A stretch of DNA of 25,944 nucleotides from Amoeboradix gromovi X-113. Taxonomy: Eukaryota > Fungi > Sanchytriomycota. The position numbers were made by a program, and so were the translations under genes. The DNA lies in the NCBI GenBank assembly GCA_018985225.1, contig JADGIF010000054.1:1-25944 (forward strand), written 5' to 3'. The notes under the pieces are model-generated. The model searched no databases and was not told where the DNA came from. It saw only the letters and a list, made by a program, of their open reading frames with translations. Of this stretch, positions 11,601 to 19,446 are shown piece after piece. Position 1 is the first letter of the stretch. Every line of letters begins with the position of its first letter.

Positions 11601-12495
11601 TTCTTGAAAAGTCATACTGTGTAAGTTCTAAACTATCGAACTTTTCCATAACCTCGAGAACCAGGTTGTAATATCGATCAAAGTCGGTAGAACTACATAG
11701 AGGTTGAGACCCAGCTACCAAATCTACATCTTTAGTGATAGGAGTTCCATCTTTATTGACAACAAAGTGTTGGAGGTTAACGTATCTTGGCTGAAGATTC
11801 TGAATCAAATTAAATGGCGAATTCGGATTGTTAAACCTCATTTTACATGCAGAGAAGTCTACAACGTTCTCTTCTCCATTAAACTTGAGGACTAGTAAAC
11901 TAGTAAACCTATTTGGAATTGAGGGCTCTTTGATCGCGTTTTGGTTCATTGCTAAGAAGAAACTAGAAAATGGAGAAGTTACACTGCCACTTACATAAAT
12001 GCCATCCATATTGGGACCGTCATTGTTCTGTAGCGTGTCATAAGTGTTTGGAAAAAATGTTTTTTCACCACAAACAAGGTGAACAATGTTCTTAGAATAC
12101 ATCAAAGACTTAGGCTGCATGTTACCATCTCCTAAGATTTCAGTAAATATATCGATCGGTTGACTATTTATTAGATCGTCAATAAATAAATTCTGGTCGA
12201 AGTCTATAATAATCTCTGCGACATCAATAAGCATTCCTTGACCACTACTAACATCAATGTTTTTGCTTATTCTAACCTCAACTTTAACTGCAACGGGTCC
12301 GTTGATTTCAGATCTCTCAGCGTAAGAATCAGGTAGGCTACCATTATACCATTCATTTTCTGGAAACTGACTTTGCTTGCTTTCAACTGAAGAACCACCA
12401 GTAGCAGAATGCAGATCTGAGTTGTTCCAAAGATTCAATTTCACATTTTGCCTCAAAATATTTGTCCAGCATAATAATCCTAGAATTGCGAACAT
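8647..12495 (-). CDS. Large secreted/cell-surface cysteine-rich protein of unknown function
   Basis: 1282 aa uninterrupted ORF with a hydrophobic N-terminus, a long Cys-dense centre with many N-x-S/T sites, a Ser/Thr-rich tail and a hydrophobic C-terminus (GPI-signal-like). Confidence 0.75.
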   Translation of the reverse strand: MFAILGLLCWTNILRQNVKLNLWNNSDLHSATGGSSVESKQSQFPENEWYNGSLPDSYAERSEINGPVAVKVEVRISKNIDVSSGQGMLIDVAEIIIDFDQNLFIDDLINSQPIDIFTEILGDGNMQPKSLMYSKNIVHLVCGEKTFFPNTYDTLQNNDGPNMDGIYVSGSVTSPFSSFFLAMNQNAIKEPSIPNRFTSLLVLKFNGEENVVDFSACKMRFNNPNSPFNLIQNLQPRYVNLQHFVVNKDGTPITKDVDLVAGSQPLCSSTDFDRYYNLVLEVMEKFDSLELTQYDFSRISSIFRGLTFNVAYTSCVNFVGNLYTQKDEVLEVMTGASCQYNIGAPEYKSDPCCSQEASLTQCCAPKMRSVLFPVIGQIKEDLLSQCQYPEKVESLIISTLESLRQQKIQESSADPGAAFELYTAFFQSCSDKVYNQDCLTNSQCMSGYCSDQNRKCMVPWGQDSALLLQCYLKEMKPELFYQLKSDLKLPFSSSANENDLESIKRSIELKLSDFDCVGNTAWQSQGGKQCSWQKNQDGYYEQICIPANEEKCLAKKICNIKAYQETTEQQCNAIKEREPSFCARCDSGYCYNVGYPSKCQAWTQSEPVCSSGGGYFQTYTYSWGNYSECTFPNAKTSDQCYSGKYCTSGNCNTFAYTSDTDPDICNERNQYRDPNNDTAPWFYWGQALNDSYCGVYYSLNVSNYNEAYLEYSIKDGFNLALGRNYQNGYLDSSDTCSSGFCDNRRIFTNNSTECEDSGYCSRGCSKCLSSNWDAQKQSACLINSNHTTCLSLSGDFQNGTCILHGSTTAACDINNGTFATCSSYSHDNCGKDDRTSFMSCEWNPWADCATDEECKESGECDDYEYQADCEWNNSCTFENDGVCVTEFDYQNGYRSCPQNSSWSKLGCINKSTSRSDCNGTWKTRAKSSIECAAHGQGCFEKKNWFYSHKNSTECSKCNSNLENLYKWYPGFWKFGQIMAGNWKDVEYASENKFIEVISQERLKSAVENSAYVIVGSKLLNDIKQSLLVPLLAIKQIACSCTTNSNCFSNITIVPQKSCRADPGLASQCDVTLPPYFNSSIKVSIGLLSAGQYSSSNYVRSRFRLSKRLPASNYAVVRLGGATVGQLVGDGKSFSFESPVDSFVGCLDINQQIVLDARYTVYDAVFVLPNNTLGPPLHSTMILNGLQICGTFQSAGTYFPILRLINDQTENLQISSLLVGDYKTAGVDKSLSTITMWSASHTTSTYDVSHSLSVNTLKSLESQSSNGNFATYIYCFVIMITFM

Positions 12496-12649
12496 ACTAA
12501 AAGTGGGAGCTTTCTATATTTATGTAAATCTAAACCAATCAAACCTGCGCAAAAACGATGCCAAGGCCATAAACCACTAAAAGTTTCCACATAATGTTGG
12601 CAAATATTGACCTTATTTCTCAGAAAATTAATTCATCGTTGTTCTTTAT

Positions 12650-12960
12650 ACAGAAGCAAAATAGGAACAATAAGATCCAAATTAAATGATTAGCACTTTG
12701 AGTTCCAATGGCATATCTCAATTCTTAAACGCTTGAACACAATAATTGGCCAAAGAGTTGCATGAGCTAAGTTAAATTCATCTATAATATTTGGACTATC
12801 ATTAGCAATTGATGATTATTTCATAAACAAAATGGATGCTTGCACATTTTGGCACTTTTTGCAAAGTGAACCCTCTTTTAATGCAAAATAAAACGTTGGA
12901 ACTGCAATTTTTTCTCGTTTATGAAAGGAGCTAGATTTAAATATACCAAGGAATCGGGAA
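12650..12960 (+). pseudogene. Possible highly decayed TnpB/Fanzor C-terminal remnant
   Basis: One frame gives LAIDDYFINKMDAC (IDDY at 12808) and ELDLNIPRN (12928-12954), resembling IDEYxTSKxC and RDLNAxRN. KRWNC lies between them in a shifted frame (12891-12905). Confidence 0.4.
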
Positions 12961-13036
12961 GAGTTGCCAAATGAAGCCTAGTAGATAGTTCAAAACAAAT
13001 AATTTTTAACATTATGTTTATTGTAGCGCGTAGACA

Positions 13037-13510
13037 CTATTTGTTCTTCAAATAACCGAGTACCACAGTATCAAATGCCATTTTTTGATCTATAAGCAGT
13101 AAGTCATAAATTCCAATTAGCTCTTCAAAAGGTGTTATCTTGATCAATTCCTTTAGGATTGCATTAATGCAACAGCTCAGAGTACTGGGATTGGTAAACA
13201 TAAAATACTCAAGAGATATTTCGACATTTCTCAAAACTGGCACATCAATATCAAATTGCTTTGTAGAAGTGTATATATGATAACTTGACTCGTTTTCAAG
13301 AAAACTGTTTGTTATGGTAAAGTGGAAATTATCTTTCAAGTAATTTTCAACATCTTGCATTGTATTTGGAACATTGTTTATTTGAATATGTAATGGCCCA
13401 CATATATAGCTACACTTGGCTATTTCGTGCTCAATTCTAGCGCAAACCAGGGCAGATATAGGCGTTTTTAATACAGGATCGGACAGATTTAATTGCATTT
13501 TGTGATACAT
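13037..13510 (-). CDS. Hypothetical protein (about 157 aa)
   Basis: Open frame with first ATG at 13510; no recognisable motif. Confidence 0.5.
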   Translation of the reverse strand: MYHKMQLNLSDPVLKTPISALVCARIEHEIAKCSYICGPLHIQINNVPNTMQDVENYLKDNFHFTITNSFLENESSYHIYTSTKQFDIDVPVLRNVEISLEYFMFTNPSTLSCCINAILKELIKITPFEELIGIYDLLLIDQKMAFDTVVLGYLKNK

Positions 13511-13544
13511 TATACAAAAAGTAGACAAATGTTTTAAAACAAAT

Positions 13545-13828
13545 GGGACATCAAATATAAAACTGGACTAACTTTCTGAAATAGTTTGGATCGTTATTTC
13601 AAGTGTGTATTAACCGATAGTAAATTACATTAAATTAATCTTGTTGGTTGCACCTTTTGCTTAGACACTCAAAGACCTTATTTGAAAGAGAGTGGGTCAT
13701 CTTGTCTTATTTTAAAGAGAGGAATGGCATTAATGAAAGGAAGAAGGACTTTTATTAATAGCAGTATTTCCTCCTTATAGAGCACCTCTTTTAAAAACGA
13801 CTTGGTCTAGTCTTATATTTGGTGTCCC
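13545..13828 (+). mobile_element. 284-bp non-autonomous TIR element (MITE-like) with Fanzor1-like tail
   Basis: Left TIR GGGACATCAAATATAAAACTGGACTA (13545-13570) vs reverse complement of 13803-13828 GGGACACCAAATATAAGACTAGACCA: 22/26 identical. The left arm recurs at 25813. Internal decayed NR-VN...TQRPYL coding trace. Confidence 0.75.
13670..13828 (+). ncRNA. Candidate omega-RNA-like structured RNA inside the TIR element
   Basis: Stems: GACC/GGTC (13674-13698); GTCTTATTTTAAAGAGAGG (13704-13722) with CCTCTTTTAAAAACGAC (13785-13801); nested ATTAATGAAAG/CTTTTATTAAT (13729-13759). Lies between the Fanzor-like tail and the right TIR. Confidence 0.45.
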
Positions 13829-13869
13829 AAACGTCTCAAAAATGCAAATCTAGTCAATTATATCTTTCC

Positions 13870-14236
13870 CATATCTATCGCCTAAGCTTTGGAGAAAACT
13901 AATTGTTACCAATTACTCTTGTCTATTATCACGGAGTAGCACCACTCCTGGACTCTCATTACCTTGGTGATTGTTGTAACACATGCATTATTGGGCAGGC
14001 GAACGTAACTTTGGACACATACGAGATCATTTAATGTCCTTACATTTACCATCATCACATAGTAGATACGCCCGTCGTATCGCACTTTTACACCAATTAA
14101 ATTTCCTAGTACAAAATCTAAGTACATCAATCCAAAATTGATAGTGGTGACGCTGGTTCTTCTGCTGGTGTAATAGTTTGAGAAGATTGGTATAAATAGT
14201 TTTGGATTTTTTTGATAGGGTTTTCGTCCTCTGCAA
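13870..14236 (-). pseudogene. Degraded Fanzor1-like remnant (copy A)
   Basis: One frame with stops: FWIDVLRFCTRKFNWCK...SRMCPKLR...CMCYNNHQGNESPGVVLLRDN (IDE-like motif, Cys motifs, RD motif). DNA clearly homologous to 17070-17225. Confidence 0.55.
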
Positions 14237-14351
14237 AGTTAATCTTTCTTTCTTATCTTGCTATCTATTATACTGCCCCTTCACTCTAGTTTTTATTTAC
14301 CGTCCTATCTTTTTAGGGGTAAGTTGATGGAGAAAGTTGCAAAACAAAGGG

Positions 14352-15380
14352 ATGGTGTTGGACGCAAAAGGAAATAAACAAACCGAAAAATTAGACTACT
14401 ATTTTGATAGCTATTCTCACTTTGGGATCCATGAGGAGATGCTGAAGGATGATGTCCGTACCGATACTTACAGAAAGGCTATTGTATTCAACAAACACTT
14501 ATTCAAAGAAAAAGTGGTGTTGGACGTCGGGTGCGGTACTGGTATACTTAGTATGTTTGCTGCTAAAGCTGGCGCTAAAAAGGTGTATGCAATTGATAAT
14601 GCAAATATTATTTTCCAAGCTGAAGCCATTATGCGCCATAATGGTTTTGAGAACATTGAGTGTATAAAGGGTAAAATGGAAGAGATAGAATTACCCGAAA
14701 GTGTTGACATTATCATTAGTGAATGGATGGGATATTTCTTACTGTACGAATCCATGCTGCCTACTGTGTTGTATGCTAGAGATAAATTCTTAAAGAAAGA
14801 CGGATTGATTTTACCAGACAGATGTACAATGGAAATTGCTTTAATCGAAGATGCAGAATACAAGGATGAGAAAATTGACTTTTGGGATGATGTTTATGGC
14901 TTCGACTACAGCTGCTTGAAGCCTATTGTACTGAGAGAACCACTTGTAGATACTGTAAATGCCAATGCTGTCTCCACTAGATCATTTACTATGATGGATA
15001 TTAATTTGTACACAATAACTGTTGAGGACTTGAAAAACATCAACTTGCAGTTCAAGTTGACTGCTACAAAGAACGATATGGCTCACGCATTTGTTGTATG
15101 GTTCGACACTTATTTTCGGTTAGACAAAACTGTGGTATTCTCTACCAGCCCATATGCAAAGTATACTCATTGGAAGCAAACTATTCTATACACGAAAGAA
15201 CCTATGGCATTAATTAAAGGAGATGAGATTAATGGGACCCTGAACATTAAGCCTAGTGAAAAAAGCGAGAGAGACTTGGTTATTGCATCAGAATGGGAAT
15301 GGACGGGAGAAGGCAGAAGCAAAATGGGAGGGGCATGGAACGAAGAAAACTCAAATATGTTATGGAGAATGTATGAATAA
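14352..15380 (+). CDS. PRMT1: Protein arginine N-methyltransferase 1 (type I)
   Basis: DYYFDSYSHFGIHEEMLKD, VLDVGCGTGILS, IISEWMGY and THWKQ motifs. First in-frame ATG at 14352. Confidence 0.96.
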   Translation: MVLDAKGNKQTEKLDYYFDSYSHFGIHEEMLKDDVRTDTYRKAIVFNKHLFKEKVVLDVGCGTGILSMFAAKAGAKKVYAIDNANIIFQAEAIMRHNGFENIECIKGKMEEIELPESVDIIISEWMGYFLLYESMLPTVLYARDKFLKKDGLILPDRCTMEIALIEDAEYKDEKIDFWDDVYGFDYSCLKPIVLREPLVDTVNANAVSTRSFTMMDINLYTITVEDLKNINLQFKLTATKNDMAHAFVVWFDTYFRLDKTVVFSTSPYAKYTHWKQTILYTKEPMALIKGDEINGTLNIKPSEKSERDLVIASEWEWTGEGRSKMGGAWNEENSNMLWRMYE

Positions 15381-15440
15381 ACTGTAAGAATTATAAGTAA
15401 TAAACAACATGAATTTTTCAATTTTTATTTTTAAACCAGA

Positions 15441-16850
15441 TTAATTTCGTTTCCGCTGACCAGTAAACCGTGCTAAAGGATCATTGATCTCTTCCTTAAC
15501 AATACTATCTTTTGCTTCCAATAATTCCTTTAATTTCTCTGTTCTTTCATCTACAATATTCTTGTGTTTCAAATTAGCCCATTTCTTGCCACTTGCAGTA
15601 TTTTTCCGAACGTGAATGGGTTGCGATTTAGCATCATTCGAGTGATCAGCCAAACTGTCAACCTTGCCAATGTCAATACTTTCAAGCTGAATAGTCTCTG
15701 GGGGCAGTTTGTCCAACAGATCTCGCACTTCCTTTTCACGTCTTTGCTTTGTAGTTTCGAATGGATTAGCTTCCAGTGCGTCGTACGCAGCGCCAGACCC
15801 CGGAACCACTATGGTAGTATATCCATTTTTGTGGCCAAACCCCAATATGTCTTCATGAGGAACAAATCGAACACAGCTCACAGCTGATCCATGCTGAGTG
15901 TGCTCCATATAGGGCATCTTTTCCTTAGATAAATGTGGGTTTCTCCATAGCTGAACTCTGTTATTTAGTGCAATCGCAAGTACACCATTTCCAGACATAT
16001 TGATGGAAAGCGGCATTCCTGAAGTAAAATAAGAGTACACTTCTTCCATTTTTCTAAGATCAAACACCTTGACCTGCTTGTCATTACCGGTGGTGAGCAT
16101 GTAGTTTCCAGACGCGTCAAAACAAATGTCGTTAATCTGATTGCTATTACACAGCATTTTCATAGCATATTCGTTCATTGTAGGTTGCCAAAATGTAACT
16201 GTGCCGTTATAATGACCAAGAGATACTACGCCATTCTGCGAATTATGACTCATGGCATGGCACTGACCCATTTTTGTTCTGTGCTTTGATACGTTTGTAC
16301 CTAAACTAATATCTGTATAAGCTAATGACCCATTCTTACTACAAGAGGCAAGTAAATAGTGATATGGCAAATATTCGAGTCTAGTTGGGTCCACATGATG
16401 CTCCAAGCAATGCAGCTCTGCGCCATTCTGATCATACATATACACATACTTGCTTTGTGCAACTGCATAAAAGAGATGATTTTGTAGATAAGTCACATCT
16501 CTGACTTGATCGTCGACCATTATATCACTGTAAACCTTTCCCTTTCTCCAATCTATTGTTGCCACCTGTCCTAACGATCCGCCAATAATAAGGTGACTTC
16601 CGTTTCTAGAATAACGACATCTATAAGGCCCAAATTCTAATGAGAGGTTCAACACCTTTGATAAAGCATCTTCATCCAAGTGCTCTCTTATTTGGGACTG
16701 GCTAATGCTGTAAGTCTTTTTGTCATCACTGGCCTCTAAAAACCCTGATTCCTGATGATAAAGGGCACCAAATAGCTCGTTATCTTTTTCTACTTGCTGC
16801 CTCTGTGCTTTAAGTCTCTTTTTCATACTCAATATCTTTTGGGTGGGCAT
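15441..16850 (-). CDS. UTP7: U3 snoRNP WD40 protein Utp7/WDR46 (BING4)
   Basis: FGPYRCRYSRNGSHL, YAVAQSKYVYMYD, LEYLPYHYLL, and VPGSG...DALEANPFET...RREKEVRDLLDKL (BING4CT). Confidence 0.93.
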   Translation of the reverse strand: MPTQKILSMKKRLKAQRQQVEKDNELFGALYHQESGFLEASDDKKTYSISQSQIREHLDEDALSKVLNLSLEFGPYRCRYSRNGSHLIIGGSLGQVATIDWRKGKVYSDIMVDDQVRDVTYLQNHLFYAVAQSKYVYMYDQNGAELHCLEHHVDPTRLEYLPYHYLLASCSKNGSLAYTDISLGTNVSKHRTKMGQCHAMSHNSQNGVVSLGHYNGTVTFWQPTMNEYAMKMLCNSNQINDICFDASGNYMLTTGNDKQVKVFDLRKMEEVYSYFTSGMPLSINMSGNGVLAIALNNRVQLWRNPHLSKEKMPYMEHTQHGSAVSCVRFVPHEDILGFGHKNGYTTIVVPGSGAAYDALEANPFETTKQRREKEVRDLLDKLPPETIQLESIDIGKVDSLADHSNDAKSQPIHVRKNTASGKKWANLKHKNIVDERTEKLKELLEAKDSIVKEEINDPLARFTGQRKRN

Positions 16851-16927
16851 TGTTCTTTCCTTGTCAGTCCCTTTCAAAATTAGCACAAATATTAATGATG
16901 ATTGTTATTTATTTGTTTTCAGATCAG

Positions 16928-16990
16928 CGTTATAAGTCCTGAAATTAACTTGAGTTTATTCGGACTAATATTAGATTAAAACAAAACTAA
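16928..16990 (-). ncRNA. Short omega-RNA-like element end (divergent variant)
   Basis: Minus strand AGTCCGAATAAAC-TCAA-GTTAATTTCAGGACT hairpin followed by TATAACG. Same AGGACT...AACG terminus as 18821 and 24009. Confidence 0.45.
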
Positions 16991-17069
16991 GTGTCCCCGC
17001 CAATCAAATTTCATTACAAATTTATAAAAACTAGATAAGTAATTAAAAACAATACAAAGGTAGAACTAT

Positions 17070-17300
17070 GCCATATTTACCACCTATGCTTTAGAGAACA
17101 CTTGTTGCTACCGATTACTCTTGGAGCCTCATTGCCTTAATGATTGTTGTAACACCTGCTAAATGTGCAGGCGGACGTAACTTTGTACATCTAAGAAATC
17201 ACTCCGTGCTCTCAAATTTACCAGTTTATATATTTGGCGTCTTAAATTGCATGATAATCAATGAGGACATTGATGAGCAGTCTTTTTAGTTGATGCTAAT
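17070..17300 (-). pseudogene. Degraded Fanzor1-like remnant (copy B)
   Basis: KTAHQCPH* (17284-17258; TSxxCPxC-like), RCTKLRPP and CYNNH*GNEAP. Homologous to 13870-14050, with a deletion of about 29 nt removing the LLRDN segment. Confidence 0.55.
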
Positions 17301-17384
17301 TTGCCTACTTTGCATATTAGAGGTCAATGGCAATAATTGAGGAATGGATGGTGCAAGTTTATTGTCTATTTTATTTAAGTAAAT

Positions 17385-17993
17385 TTATTTAAAAGATCTC
17401 ATGGGCGCCGCAAAGGACTGCATGAATAAGTGGATACTCTTTATATAGTTATCGATGCATTTCTTATAATCCACTCCAGCTTCTATCCTCTTCAGTAAAT
17501 TGATATTCCGCTCAATTCCAGCAAATAATGACGTAAGTTGTAAACGCAACACAGAAGCCTGTACATGCAACTCTTTCTTTTCTTTTTCGTTACTGGATTT
17601 AAGTTCAATCACTAACCCATTGAAGTACGGCAGAATTTCAAGAAGTTGACGCTTCAGAGCTTCAACGCTTTCAAACAATGGCTTCATAGGATCTTCTACA
17701 ATCTTCTCTTTGTTTGTGATTGTGTGAAAGCAAGTTTTACAGGTTTTTTCGTTTTGTAAAATTTTCAAGCATTCATCGCCAATAGAGTTACCACACAGCC
17801 TGCAATGATGCCTTCGCCTGAGAAAACCGAAAGACAAGTTACAAATATAACAATCGCTAGCTTTTTTCCACTTGATTGCTGTTTTTTCATTCATGTTTTT
17901 TATTAACTGTTCCTTTCGAGACCTTCTGAGGTTTGAGTATATGGTTCTTTGCTCAATAAAGTATTTTGTTTTTGACTTGACCATCAAAACCAT
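17385..17993 (-). CDS. FYVE zinc-finger protein, Vac1/Pep7/rabenosyn-5-like (short)
   Basis: CYICNLSFGFLRRRHHCRLCG...CKTC followed by a helical tail. Confidence 0.8.
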   Translation of the reverse strand: MVLMVKSKTKYFIEQRTIYSNLRRSRKEQLIKNMNEKTAIKWKKASDCYICNLSFGFLRRRHHCRLCGNSIGDECLKILQNEKTCKTCFHTITNKEKIVEDPMKPLFESVEALKRQLLEILPYFNGLVIELKSSNEKEKKELHVQASVLRLQLTSLFAGIERNINLLKRIEAGVDYKKCIDNYIKSIHLFMQSFAAPMRSFK

Positions 17994-18156
17994 TTTTCAA
18001 ATAAGCAAAGGATTCCCCTGTAGCAGATATTGGCTATTTAAATTTTAAGTTGTTGCAAAATTATCGACTTCATTGGATTAAGGTCAGGTTCGCAGTCCAC
18101 ATCTCTAGAATCCTTTACAAATTTTAATATTTATACTGCTACAGCACCTCATTCAC

Positions 18157-18543
18157 ATGTTACTTGCTATAATCGCAGCAGTTTTTGCATCGCTATCATC
18201 CTGTAGTGACAAAGGTTCGTTTGAGATAGAGTCCTTGCGGTTTGAAGACATTGTGAAGCCAAACGTGCCGGCTATGGTTGAAATGGATGGAATAGCAAAC
18301 AAGCAAGTTACAAGTGGGAAAGTAGAGATAGTCGCCAAATACGGGATTTTTGAAATTTTCAGTGATATCCAGGACATCTGTTCATTATTGACCTGCCCTG
18401 CTATCGGACCGAGCACTGTAAATAAAGAGTTCACCATACCAGGTACCGCACCTGGCGGCGGATACTCTATTAAGTTAGAAGGAACTGACCAAGATGGCGA
18501 TCTAGTTTTTTGCATATCTGGAAAGTTCAGCTTAAAGAAATAA
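18157..18543 (+). CDS. NPC2: ML-domain lipid-binding protein (NPC2 / PG-PI transfer protein)
   Basis: Signal peptide; DIC...CP...IP...P.G.Y...D.DG..VFC pattern; 128 aa. Confidence 0.85.
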   Translation: MLLAIIAAVFASLSSCSDKGSFEIESLRFEDIVKPNVPAMVEMDGIANKQVTSGKVEIVAKYGIFEIFSDIQDICSLLTCPAIGPSTVNKEFTIPGTAPGGGYSIKLEGTDQDGDLVFCISGKFSLKK

Positions 18544-18590
18544 AAATAATTAAGTTTCTCAAAAAAAATTGTTCCATAGGTGCACTTTCT

Positions 18591-18712
18591 CATTGAGAGT
18601 CCTTATTTCCTAGATATTCAAGAGCTTCCACAGGGAATCAACAAAGCAATTTGCTTCTTTACAGCAGTTGCTTACACTCTCACTACTGGGAGGCGGGGCT
18701 TTTGCCAATATG
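18591..18712 (-). ncRNA. Candidate Fanzor2 omega-RNA scaffold (tandem second copy)
   Basis: Colinear with 18821-18935 over about 110 nt; minus-strand end TCTTGAATATCTAGGAAATAAGGACTCTCAATG. Confidence 0.6.
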
Positions 18713-18820
18713 AGGAAAGAGAATATCTTGTTTTGTTCAAATAGAAGAATTTAGTACGAGCTTTGGAGTGATTGAGTTCATTAAATCACAACAAATGATT
18801 ATAAATTGAGAATTTCTTTT

Positions 18821-18942
18821 CGTTCAAAGTCCTGATTTCCGAGAAAATCGAGAATTTTACACTGAGAAACTAGCAATGCTAGATGCTCCGTTACAGTGAT
18901 TGCTCACGCTTGCACTATCCTTAGGTGTGATTGAACAAGGAT
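18821..18942 (-). ncRNA. Candidate Fanzor2/IS607-type omega-RNA scaffold and element right end
   Basis: Starts right after the AARNIYIKY motif. 5' TGTTCAA can pair with terminal TTGAACG; internal CACTG/CAGTG and TCTCGATTT..AAATCAGGA hairpins. Homologous copies at 18591 and 24009. Confidence 0.7.
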
Positions 18943-19400
18943 ACATGTATTTGATGTATATGTTCCTTGCAGCCATATGGTCTCTATCTATCTTCAAATG
19001 ACAATTGGTACATGTGTAGGTTTCTAAGTTGATATTCTCGAGAGTACCACACCTTGTATAAGTTTGACTAGTAAATGATTCACTACATTCGATTATCGTC
19101 TTTCCTCTTTGTTTGCACTTGAACTTCAAGCGTTCCTTGAATAAATTGTGCAGATATCACTGTCTAGGCATTGAAAGACATCTAATTCTTCCATGTTTGG
19201 ATCAGTTCCTCAACGTTGATGAATGTATGCTGTACCTGTTAGTTATTTCTTTAGATTTGACATATTCGGGATTGCATCTATTAATTACATCCTCCTTCTG
19301 TGAAAAGGAAGAATATCGAGCATTTAAGCTATTGCAAAAAGCTGGAAAAGTCTTGAAATTATATAAAAATGCATAGAAACTCGCGATAAATGATTTATTC
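18940..19400 (-). pseudogene. Fanzor2 (IS607 TnpB-like) pseudogene, internally deleted
   Basis: HNLFKERLKFKCKQRGKTIIECSESFTSQTYTRCG...YTCTNCHLKIDRDHMAARNI = RuvC-II, Zn ribbon and RuvC-III. In-frame stops at 19157 and 19202. The upstream segment resembles a Fanzor2 N-terminal part; no RuvC-I (DPG) seen. Confidence 0.85.
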
Positions 19401-19446
19401 AACAAAACAATCGAGCTGGCTTGTTATATTTTCTAACACATTCTCC

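Noticed and set aside
13741-13760. GGAAGAAGGACTTTT resembling the Fanzor2-type end inside the TIR element
   Set aside because: Lacks the preceding hairpin arm and the AACG terminus; it is part of a different stem.
18591-18942. CRISPR array interpretation of the tandem units
   Set aside because: Only two long, diverged units, no short identical repeats and no cas genes.
18857-19405. Intact Fanzor nuclease or stop-codon reassignment rescuing it
   Set aside because: RuvC-I is absent, a Zn-ligand Cys is replaced by Tyr, and frameshifts occur in other copies. Host genes use the standard code, including TGA as stop at 8626-8628.
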